Shown: positions 48,146-55,486 of the stretch, in pieces
How positions within the stretch are numbered: the stretch's first letter is position 1
How the letters are laid out: the number at the start of each line of letters is the position of its first letter
Source of the DNA: a virus
Taxonomy: Duplodnaviria; Caudoviricetes
Strand: one strand, 5' to 3'
IMG/VR virus record: IMGVR_UViG_3300029787_000046
Location: 1-57,813 of that record
DNA: 57,813 nt
Translations under genes and position numbers: made by a program
The notes under the pieces: model-generated
Told to the model about the DNA's origin: nothing
The model's database searches: none
Seen by the model: only the letters and a program-made list of their open reading frames with translations

Positions 48146-48235
48146 GAATCATCGGTCATCGTCAATCATCATCTGTCTACGAATCATCGTTCATCGTCAT
48201 TCATCCTCAAAGCCATGTCATCATCTTTCATCCTC
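48146..48235. repeat. Iterated TCATC motif array
   Basis: About ten TCATC/TCAT units in about 90 bp. Confidence 0.7.
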
Positions 48236-48685
48236 TATGATGGGAGGAAATTGGAGATCTTCCTCCTTGTGATGGGACGATTTTGAGGATAGAATATGAT
48301 TGATAATACCTGTCCAATCGTACGGTGTCGGGGAACTCCAATCAGGTGTCCATGATTCTCCGTTTCCTGCTATCTCTATCGCTCTTTCACCGCTAAATAT
48401 ATTTAGGGTATGGGAAGAAGGATGATGAACCAAGTTATAAATTGAGCCACCATTCATAAAATATCTTGTTTGCCACGCGATTTGATGTGGACGTAGAGTT
48501 ATAGACTTTAGTGACTTTAACCTGTGAACTTTGAGTTCTAGCCAAAAAGGATGACCTTGGACGATGCCATGTAAGTCAGGAACTCCAGGACTTGCCCATG
48601 ATTCTAGGCGTGTCCAAAACACGCCCAGATCCTTAGTACCATCACGGAGTTTATACCATAATTGTGACTCGGGTTTTGTACCCAT
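48221..48685 (-). CDS. VRR-NUC/PD-(D/E)XK nuclease (Holliday junction resolvase-like)
   Basis: RLES..GVPDL..FWLELK..LRPHQIAW. Confidence 0.8.
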   Translation of the reverse strand: MGTKPESQLWYKLRDGTKDLGVFWTRLESWASPGVPDLHGIVQGHPFWLELKVHRLKSLKSITLRPHQIAWQTRYFMNGGSIYNLVHHPSSHTLNIFSGERAIEIAGNGESWTPDWSSPTPYDWTGIINHILSSKSSHHKEEDLQFPPIIEDER

Positions 48686-48885
48686 TAGTCTACGAGCTCC
48701 CCTGTTATAATAAAATCCATACGCTCAGCGCATTTGGGACAAGGTGTTTTATCCTCGTCGTAATAGTCTGCGGCATAATTGTTGCCGAGCAACGGCATCC
48801 CACATAATGTCCTGCTTGTGCCATCAGCCATTGAGAAATGCTGTTGTCCTAACTTTTTAGTCCACTCATAAAATTTAGTAGCCAT
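48685..48885 (-). CDS. Small Zn-binding protein
   Basis: H..TLCG..CPKC. Confidence 0.65.
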   Translation of the reverse strand: MATKFYEWTKKLGQQHFSMADGTSRTLCGMPLLGNNYAADYYDEDKTPCPKCAERMDFIITGELVD

Positions 48886-48886
48886 A

Positions 48887-49258
48887 TTAAAGATGCTCCG
48901 TTAAAAATTGGTCAAGAGTACCAAACCAATGCGGAGTTTCTGTCCCATTTTCAATCTGATGTACTGTAACATTGACCTCATAAGGTTTGACCTCGGTTAA
49001 AGTGTAACCCCACTCAAGATCTCCTGCCTCTAAACGGTTGAGTTGCGGCACAGCGTTGAGACCTTTGTCTTCTACAACATAAACAAATTGGTTGAGAAGG
49101 TCGGGATCTGACGGTTCACTGAGCTCTGCGAAATGAACCATATCTTCAAAATACTTTGCTGCTCCCTCAGGATCTCCGTCCCAGTGTACATAAATATGTT
49201 TAGGTTTAGAATCATGTGCCTCAAAGTTGGCAAATGTATAGATTGCTCTGGTAGCCAT
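48887..49258 (-). CDS. Conserved phage early protein
   Basis: MATRA...IYVHWDGDPEG motif. Confidence 0.7.
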   Translation of the reverse strand: MATRAIYTFANFEAHDSKPKHIYVHWDGDPEGAAKYFEDMVHFAELSEPSDPDLLNQFVYVVEDKGLNAVPQLNRLEAGDLEWGYTLTEVKPYEVNVTVHQIENGTETPHWFGTLDQFLTEHL

Positions 49259-49315
49259 TTTAAAATCCTTTCTGCGATTTTTTGTTGCTATACTTTACTG
49301 TAGCACAGGTAATTG

Positions 49316-49870
49316 TCAGGTGGTGTCTTTTGTTATCTTTTTTTGTGCCGTACCCTCGATGACCATATTACCATCAGCTACTGCTGCGAGTGCAGGGAAC
49401 TCTTTTTGCAAACGCTCTATTTCTTTCATAACTTGTTCTCTATCCATTTGATCAATACGTCCATGAAGGATTTCTTTACGATCTATGTAGATCCCTGCCG
49501 CTTGTCCTCTAGATTTTTCGGCTGCGACTGCCGCTGCAAAGTTTCCTCCAGTAAGGGCAGCATCACGTATCTCGGCTAGTTTTTTAACGTGTCCTTCAAA
49601 ACTTACCTCGTACTTTTTAGATAGCTCACTCTTTAGTTCGCCTATCCTTTGCACAACTTGAGGATATCTTTGCCCATTGAGTAATTGTGATGCAATGGCG
49701 TGGGCAGATTTTACAGAATATCCTGCTCTTACAGCAGCCTCAGTTTGGCTAACATCTTCGCAAACGTAGATTCTACAAAACTCCTCTTGTTTCGGAGTGA
49801 TTCCTTTCTCTACACGAGGATTAGCGACGACATTGATACTGGGTTTGTGAGTGGCTTTTGCAAGAGGCAT
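49316..49870 (-). CDS. terS: Terminase small subunit
   Basis: ITPKQEEFCRIY..SQTEAAVRAGYSVKSAHAIASQLL. Confidence 0.85.
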   Translation of the reverse strand: MPLAKATHKPSINVVANPRVEKGITPKQEEFCRIYVCEDVSQTEAAVRAGYSVKSAHAIASQLLNGQRYPQVVQRIGELKSELSKKYEVSFEGHVKKLAEIRDAALTGGNFAAAVAAEKSRGQAAGIYIDRKEILHGRIDQMDREQVMKEIERLQKEFPALAAVADGNMVIEGTAQKKITKDTT

Positions 49871-49960
49871 TTTACTTTTCCTTCTCGTTATGATGGGACC
49901 ACTTTACTTAATAGGAGGGAAAAAGAAAAGTAGCCATTTTAAAACAGCCCTGATTTAAAG

Positions 49961-50101
49961 TCGCGCGGACACGAAAGTAATGATCTATTGTGATCAAGAT
50001 ATCGGAGTCAGAGAGCCATAATCCATGCTAACCTATTGAATATATGGGGATAGTGAGATATTGTATATTATCAAATCTTTAAAAACAAAAACAGTCCTAT
50101 C
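49961..50101. repeat. Dispersed intergenic repeat copy 2 (origin-like)
   Basis: See 10622-10695. Confidence 0.75.
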
Positions 50102-50140
50102 CATAATTCACCCCTATATAGCAAAGTCCATATAATATAC

Positions 50141-50180
50141 AAAAAGACCCCCTGACCAGAAAGGTGGAATCAGGGGGTTT
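50141..50180 (-). terminator. Terminator hairpin
   Basis: ACCCCCTGA...TCAGGGGGT followed by CTTTTT on the minus strand. Confidence 0.7.
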
Positions 50181-50216
50181 GAGTGAGAGCATACAACTTG
50201 GGAGGTGAGCTTATGC

Positions 50217-50543
50217 TTATTTACGATACCAAGAATAAATTTTTGACACAAGTCTTTTCCAAAAAGTTTTTTCTTTCTGGCGTTCGTATTCCCAAACGTC
50301 GGCACTTGCCCCTGATGCAGAAAGCACAGTCACGGCTTCCGATTGAGCAGATTTAGTTGATCTAAAATTAGCACTCTTTGTATTTAACTTTTTGCCGAGC
50401 GTATACACGATATACTTATACTGACTAGGTGTAAGTCCATGAAAAGATTGTATTTGTTTAGCAGTCAATCCTTTTTCTTTATCCGTAAGAATTCTTGCTA
50501 CAAACGCATCACTTGGGCGTGTCCTATCAGTTTGCTTGCTCAT
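50217..50543 (-). CDS. Possible helix-turn-helix protein
   Basis: KGLTAKQIQSFHGLTPSQYKYIVY resembles an HTH. Confidence 0.5.
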   Translation of the reverse strand: MSKQTDRTRPSDAFVARILTDKEKGLTAKQIQSFHGLTPSQYKYIVYTLGKKLNTKSANFRSTKSAQSEAVTVLSASGASADVWEYERQKEKTFWKRLVSKIYSWYRK

Positions 50544-50892
50544 CAGTTTCTCCTAACTTACTGCGGATGAAAAACATTCCCGACTGCTCAGGAATCCATG
50601 GTTCGCCATCCTTAAATATAGCTTCAACTTCATTTGACTTGCTTGCATCATACAAACAATCTGAACATAATTTGACATATTTTTTATCTTCTGGCAAGCC
50701 TTCTGCTGTAGCTCGCACCCAATGCACTTGAGTTGGTAGACTGCGGTGCATCTTTACACCAAACTGAGGTTCCCCTAATGCTTGACACATAGGGCAGTAA
50801 TCCTCGCTAGGTTCTTCTATATGAAAGGTTAATAAAGGATTAGTCATGCTTAACCTCCCCATATTTTTCAGGTGCAGGAATCGTTTCCACAA
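50527..50892 (-). CDS. Zn-finger-like hypothetical protein
   Basis: CPMC...CSDC; true start likely MTNPLL. Confidence 0.6.
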   Translation of the reverse strand: MWKRFLHLKNMGRLSMTNPLLTFHIEEPSEDYCPMCQALGEPQFGVKMHRSLPTQVHWVRATAEGLPEDKKYVKLCSDCLYDASKSNEVEAIFKDGEPWIPEQSGMFFIRSKLGETDEQAN

Positions 50893-51022
50893 CTGGTTCT
50901 AGCATAAATTTAACATGGACATACCCACTCTGCATTGAGCTTATGCTGTATGAACATGGACAAGTATCAAGCCATTTTAAAAATGGTTCAAGATCTTTTG
51001 CTCTTACTATAAATGCCATCAC
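50840..51022 (-). CDS. Hypothetical protein
   Basis: 60 aa ORF coupled to neighbours. Confidence 0.55.
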   Translation of the reverse strand: MMAFIVRAKDLEPFLKWLDTCPCSYSISSMQSGYVHVKFMLEPVVETIPAPEKYGEVKHD

Positions 51023-51297
51023 TTCACTCTCCCTTCACGTTCAGTATGGTCACGATCATGGATAAATCGTAAAACTTTGGGCAACAATTTATAGATGCAA
51101 GAATTTATATTTAATCGCCCACTAAGCAGAGCATCATCTGTCCAAGAAGTTTGTTTGCCCTCAAATAAACGCCATACATTATCAGTATAATCTAGTGACA
51201 AACAATAATATTGATTAGCTCGGGTTTCAAACCCTGCCGAATCATAACATAAATCTGTTATATCTATGCTATAATCCCTTAACGCAATTTTATTCAC
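51019..51297 (-). CDS. Hypothetical protein flanked by 23-bp direct repeats
   Basis: Ends REGRVK like the upstream gene. Confidence 0.6.
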   Translation of the reverse strand: MNKIALRDYSIDITDLCYDSAGFETRANQYYCLSLDYTDNVWRLFEGKQTSWTDDALLSGRLNINSCIYKLLPKVLRFIHDRDHTEREGRVK

Positions 51298-51596
51298 TTC
51301 ACTCTCCCTTCACGTTTGGAATCTTTTGTTCGGCGAGTATCTAACAAGTGTACTTGCCTATTGATATCAGCCACCCTTTTTTCTAATCTTTTCAAAGCGT
51401 TAGCCTCATTGAAACAGATTGTAGCTAGGGTGAATATGACTACCCCTAACTTACGGCTGTCATCAAAATCTTTCAAAGGAACGCCAATAGCTTCATGTTC
51501 TAGTTGAAACTCTCGTTCAGAGGCGTAAAGTAACGAGCTAATAATAGCTCGCACTTGTGCGATAGAGTGGGTAGTCTGTAAATATTTACGCTTCAT
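51294..51596 (-). CDS. Hypothetical protein
   Basis: 100 aa ORF in early operon. Confidence 0.6.
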   Translation of the reverse strand: MKRKYLQTTHSIAQVRAIISSLLYASEREFQLEHEAIGVPLKDFDDSRKLGVVIFTLATICFNEANALKRLEKRVADINRQVHLLDTRRTKDSKREGRVK

Positions 51597-51597
51597 A

Positions 51598-51993
51598 TCA
51601 TACCCTCAATGAAGCGTTGTTAATTTCAAGGGTTGCATCGTTAAGCTCAACACTAGCATCAATATCTACATCTGCACTGCGTATAAGCTCTTTTACTTTT
51701 TCTTCAAACAAAGGCCACATTGCATCATGTAAGTCTTTATTATCAAGAAAAACAGTTTTTACAGCCTCAGTAAGCCTATCAGTTACTCTTTCACTAGGCG
51801 GTATTTTTATAGAAATCCGTAGGCATTCATTGTGCAGTTTCTCAATTTCATCTGCCAACATACGGAGTGTCTGCCCTAAGTTTTCACAATCGGCAGAAAT
51901 TTTCCCTGCTATATCCGGAACAGTAGACTCGCTAGTCCTATTAGGATCAACATAAATATCAGATAACCCATTTACTTCTTCTTTCTCATTCAT
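51598..51993 (-). CDS. Acidic hypothetical protein
   Basis: AAGAAAGGAG RBS; first gene after promoter and structured leader. Confidence 0.7.
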   Translation of the reverse strand: MNEKEEVNGLSDIYVDPNRTSESTVPDIAGKISADCENLGQTLRMLADEIEKLHNECLRISIKIPPSERVTDRLTEAVKTVFLDNKDLHDAMWPLFEEKVKELIRSADVDIDASVELNDATLEINNASLRV

Positions 51994-52032
51994 GATATAC
52001 TCCTTTCTTGAGTAATCGTTTGGTTAGGTTGG

Positions 52033-52102
52033 TATGATGTGCAACAAGCCGAAAGGACAAGTGTAATGTCATACACAAAAATGACGAGTGCTGCACACCA
52101 TA
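52033..52102 (-). ncRNA. Structured leader/ncRNA candidate with H-type pseudoknot
   Basis: Outer stem UAUGGUGUGCA/UGCACAUCAUA; inner GUCA/UGAC and GUGUA/UACAC interleaved. Confidence 0.4.
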
Positions 52103-52107
52103 TAATT

Positions 52108-52149
52108 ATACTACTACAGGATAAAATTAATGATAAGTATCAATTTATC
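52108..52149 (-). promoter_or_regulatory. Promoter with GATAA-N8-TTATC dyad
   Basis: GATAA-N8-TTATCA-N17-TAGTAT. Confidence 0.6.
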
Positions 52150-52583
52150 TTATTAGGTCGTAGTCTAGGACGTAACCATTCATCATTATCTTTCTTCTTA
52201 TAGAATATATGTTTCCCGATCCGTCGTATTTTGTGCAAATCATTTGCCCAATATGGATGCACATCATTACTATGATAGTGCGTTGCCTCATTACCGATAA
52301 CTGTAATGTGGTGACCCTCTTTTAACATAAGCTCAGCAAGAGCTTTAGATGTCCGTAAAGAATTATGTTCTCTTGGTTGGTCTGATTTACCATCGCACCA
52401 CCAACTAAATTGACAGCCATCTTTATTCTCTTGCAAGACTACACTGCATACATCGTTAGGATAATTAGCAGAGGCTACTCTATTGAGAGTAACCTCTGCT
52501 ATTGCTATTTGCCCCTCAATGGGTTCGGATCTTGCCTCAAAATAAATATTTAAGGCAAGACACATCAGTGCTGTTTCTATCAT
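52140..52583 (-). CDS. Cell wall hydrolase, SleB/Hydrolase_2 family
   Basis: CLALNIYFEARSE, VTLNRV, CQFSWWCDG, ATHYH, IGKHIFY. Confidence 0.9.
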   Translation of the reverse strand: MIETALMCLALNIYFEARSEPIEGQIAIAEVTLNRVASANYPNDVCSVVLQENKDGCQFSWWCDGKSDQPREHNSLRTSKALAELMLKEGHHITVIGNEATHYHSNDVHPYWANDLHKIRRIGKHIFYKKKDNDEWLRPRLRPNKIN

Positions 52584-52937
52584 TTAATACTCACTTGGTA
52601 GTAGTAAGACATTGTTAGTAAAGAAGAACTTCCATGTACCTTCCTCGGCATCTGTAAAATCTATATTCTTTGTATACAAGACATTACCATTGCCATCGTC
52701 GGCAGTTATTTTAGCAGAGCTATCTACCACATCTAGTGTGATAGACATAAAGTCTTCTGTTTCCTGCAAGTCGGCAAGCTCGGTAGCTAGTATATCTAGG
52801 AACCAGTATGCACCTCCTCCGCAGTGTTCAGCAAAGAACTTTACACCATCAGTGTAAAGAAAGTTAGAGCTCAGTGGGTGACGAAACCATTGTTCGGTCC
52901 CCGTGAACATTTTTAGATCAGCTGATAATGCACTCAT
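52584..52937 (-). CDS. DUF6876-like protein
   Basis: FTGTE.W.RH, YTDGV, AYWFLD, VLLLPSEY. Confidence 0.75.
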   Translation of the reverse strand: MSALSADLKMFTGTEQWFRHPLSSNFLYTDGVKFFAEHCGGGAYWFLDILATELADLQETEDFMSITLDVVDSSAKITADDGNGNVLYTKNIDFTDAEEGTWKFFFTNNVLLLPSEY

Positions 52938-53233
52938 ACATCACCCCCAAACAACTCTTCGGCTTCTTGTTCAGCCTGAAGCACCATTTTATCTATTTTA
53001 TTAAATTTGACTTGTGTTGCTTCTAACTCTTTAATGAAGTTTACCCTATCGTCGTAATCAGCTTTAGCATCGCTAAACTCATTATGAACTTTCACATTGC
53101 CCTGTATAGGAGCTCCGTAGTAATCAGTACCATCTTCACGGTATACTATGTAGGCTTGGTTGATATCTGCATAATGTAGTATCAAACGAGACCTACCCTC
53201 GTTAAATACATATGCGTCTGGTTGTGGTTTCAT
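52934..53233 (-). CDS. Hypothetical protein
   Basis: GTAGAAAGGAG RBS and promoter. Confidence 0.7.
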   Translation of the reverse strand: MKPQPDAYVFNEGRSRLILHYADINQAYIVYREDGTDYYGAPIQGNVKVHNEFSDAKADYDDRVNFIKELEATQVKFNKIDKMVLQAEQEAEELFGGDV

Positions 53234-53266
53234 TAATATCTCCTTTCTACGAAATATTTATACTTT

Positions 53267-53307
53267 ATAATAGCAAAGCAGTTAGTATTGATAACTCTTT
53301 TGTTATC
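53267..53307 (-). promoter_or_regulatory. Promoter with GATAA-N8-TTATC dyad
   Basis: GATAA-CAAAAGAG-TTATCA-N16-TATTAT. Confidence 0.65.
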
Positions 53308-53323
53308 TTGTTTATTCCTCACA

Positions 53324-53584
53324 TTAGCTAGAGAAATCATTATCTTTCTTCTCTGTCCAGTAAGTTCCTGTCAAATATCCACACGATGAGCAACCAATCT
53401 GTCTTGTTTTTTCATTGAGTAAGAAAAAGGAATTATCTCCACATAAAGAACAGACAAGAACATCAACCTCGTAACATTCTACGGTGACGTTTTTCTCTTC
53501 AGAATGGGATCTTTTTTCTCTTGTGAATGGGATAACATTACTTTCTCCATGAATGGGGGAACTTTTCTTTTCTTCCATGTACAT
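53324..53584 (-). CDS. Zn-ribbon protein
   Basis: CSLCG...CSSCG; start uncertain. Confidence 0.55.
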   Translation of the reverse strand: MYMEEKKSSPIHGESNVIPFTREKRSHSEEKNVTVECYEVDVLVCSLCGDNSFFLLNEKTRQIGCSSCGYLTGTYWTEKKDNDFSS

Positions 53585-54003
53585 AACCTCGCTTTCTCAC
53601 CGATGTAATAGTTATGATAAGCAAGTAACGGTGTCGGTGATTTGTACTCATCAGGCATAGCCTGAGGGTGTTTCGTTACTCCTCTTGCGGTTAATTCTAC
53701 AGGGGGGCATCGTAGTATGGCAAGAATTCTTTCACAAGCATGGATCTTTTCATACCTGAAAGTATACTCTTTACATAATGCAATACCTAGACGCCAGAGC
53801 CATTTGTAGTTTTCTACAGTTTGTCCTGCCCATAATGTGCAAGGATGTTTTTGATGAACAGGTAAATATGGTCCTTCGGCATTATGTCGCCAATGAACAG
53901 TGCTGAGCATTTGGGTAGATTCTAATGGCATTTTAACGACGTGTTTATCGCAATGATATTGAGCACAAGTTTCGTGGTTATAATCTAGTAAGAATATATT
54001 CAC
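53479..54003 (-). CDS. Pyrimidine dimer DNA glycosylase (DenV-related) family protein
   Basis: MNIFLLD..HCDKHVVKMPLESTQML..HPCTLW..PQAMPDEYK..AYHNYY. Confidence 0.75.
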   Translation of the reverse strand: MNIFLLDYNHETCAQYHCDKHVVKMPLESTQMLSTVHWRHNAEGPYLPVHQKHPCTLWAGQTVENYKWLWRLGIALCKEYTFRYEKIHACERILAILRCPPVELTARGVTKHPQAMPDEYKSPTPLLAYHNYYIGEKARLCTWKKRKVPPFMEKVMLSHSQEKKDPILKRKTSP

Positions 54004-54260
54004 TCGTCGCCCCAGTCTTTGCGGTCTTCCTCTTCGTTGTAGCCTTTGTAATATTCTTTTATTTCTTGGTCAGACATATTGTCTTCGTTTATTTCTTTGG
54101 ATAAATGTGTTTTTCCTACGAAATAATGTGGGCGTGGTGGACGACCATAATAGGCATCCATATTGCCCCTGTCTCTTGGGCTACCATGTCTTGGTAATGG
54201 GTTGCCATAGTGGTATCTATTTTGCCCTTTTACTCGATACTCACCTTCATTATCTGCCAT
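54000..54260 (-). CDS. Conserved hypothetical protein
   Basis: HGSPRDRGNMDAYYGR..PHY motif. Confidence 0.7.
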   Translation of the reverse strand: MADNEGEYRVKGQNRYHYGNPLPRHGSPRDRGNMDAYYGRPPRPHYFVGKTHLSKEINEDNMSDQEIKEYYKGYNEEEDRKDWGDE

Positions 54261-54306
54261 GTAAAATCCTTTCTATGATTTTGCCTGTAATTTAGTGTAA
54301 CAGCAT

Positions 54307-54735
54307 TTAATTCATTTGACTTTTTTTATTTGCTCTTTTTACTCGGTCTCGTAATTCGGTCGAGGAGAATCCATGTCCACGATTATTGTAATGCAGTTTT
54401 ATGTTTAGATCTTTATGCAGGTGTTCTCCGCTTAAAGGTCTGTTCCTATACTCTTCGCCTACTATGCGGATGTTTACTCTAAGTATCTGCAATAGCTCGT
54501 GCATATCGTGTTCAGTATGATAAGGTAAAACATAATCAACGTATTTTATCGCTTCTAATTGTATAAAGCGTTCATGAATAGATTGCACTGGTTTGTTTTT
54601 CCATTCACGCTCTTCACTTGGGTCTATATGTAACCCTACGATTAAAAAGTCACATACTTCGCTTGCTTCTTTTAACATCAGTACATGACCTGCGTGTACT
54701 AAATCAAATGTTCCACAAGTAAATCCTACAATCAT
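54307..54735 (-). CDS. Cytidylyltransferase (TagD/glycerol-3-phosphate CT-like)
   Basis: GTFDLVHAGH (HxGH), LIVGL, ER..L..IKYVD, GFSSTELR. Confidence 0.85.
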   Translation of the reverse strand: MIVGFTCGTFDLVHAGHVLMLKEASEVCDFLIVGLHIDPSEEREWKNKPVQSIHERFIQLEAIKYVDYVLPYHTEHDMHELLQILRVNIRIVGEEYRNRPLSGEHLHKDLNIKLHYNNRGHGFSSTELRDRVKRANKKSQMN

Positions 54736-54938
54736 TACTTGCCTCCCTCTTTTGGCATTTTATAATCCAGTTCATACTTTTCATCTGTTGTATCAACAAT
54801 TAGTTTAACTTTTTTTACTTTTTTACTTTCTAATAATTCAGTGAATTTTTCAGATATAAATTTAAAATAGCCATCTTTTCGATTATACCCTGTAGTTGGG
54901 GAATACATAATCACATATTTAGGATCTTTTTTAGCCAT
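54735..54938 (-). CDS. Hypothetical protein
   Basis: 67 aa, TAATG-coupled on both sides. Confidence 0.65.
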   Translation of the reverse strand: MAKKDPKYVIMYSPTTGYNRKDGYFKFISEKFTELLESKKVKKVKLIVDTTDEKYELDYKMPKEGGK

Positions 54939-55486
54939 TAAACATCATCACATAATATTTTGATTATTTCAGAAACAGGTTCAAAAATCAATTCGTTTCT
55001 GTACGTTTTATTTAAATAATCTACTCCTCGTAAAAAAACATCTTCTGCCATACCATTGCCTTGTTGCATTAAACGATAACAATGCAATACAAGCTCTAAT
55101 TTGTCGGCAATATCGCACATTTTTTTATCTTCTTTAGTAATTTTGTGTACAGTATCACCCACCCTAATAGATTGTTCATAAGCTCTTTCAGCTTTTACCA
55201 TTAAATCATTAATCTTAGGGTAATTCCATTTAGTCGTAGCAGGTACATCACCTACCTCGGCTTCTGCCACATCGTGATATAATAAATGCAAGATGCAGTT
55301 TTTACTTGCGTCAGGGTAAAGGGTTTGCAGTATAACTATCGCCCTCCAAGTATGAGCAGCTACATTTTGCCCATCCCCTAACTCTGGTCGTGTATGATAC
55401 CGAACAACGTGTCCACCTTTTAACCGAGCGTGTAGCTTGGCTAAGTTTTCATTTCGCTGTGGTTGTCTTTTAATCCTCTTGTCCAT
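54938..55486 (-). CDS. HD-domain 5'-deoxynucleotidase / dNTP hydrolase (YfbR-like)
   Basis: RYH..QNVAAHTW..LYHDVAE..GDVP..ADKLE; start reassigned to MDKRIK after GGAG RBS. Confidence 0.8.
   Translation of the reverse strand: MDKRIKRQPQRNENLAKLHARLKGGHVVRYHTRPELGDGQNVAAHTWRAIVILQTLYPDASKNCILHLLYHDVAEAEVGDVPATTKWNYPKINDLMVKAERAYEQSIRVGDTVHKITKEDKKMCDIADKLELVLHCYRLMQQGNGMAEDVFLRGVDYLNKTYRNELIFEPVSEIIKILCDDV

Noticed and set aside
52040-52095. Hammerhead ribozyme (CCGAAAGGAC and TGACGAG fragments)
   Set aside because: The required CUGANGA/GAAA core order and three-stem junction are not satisfied
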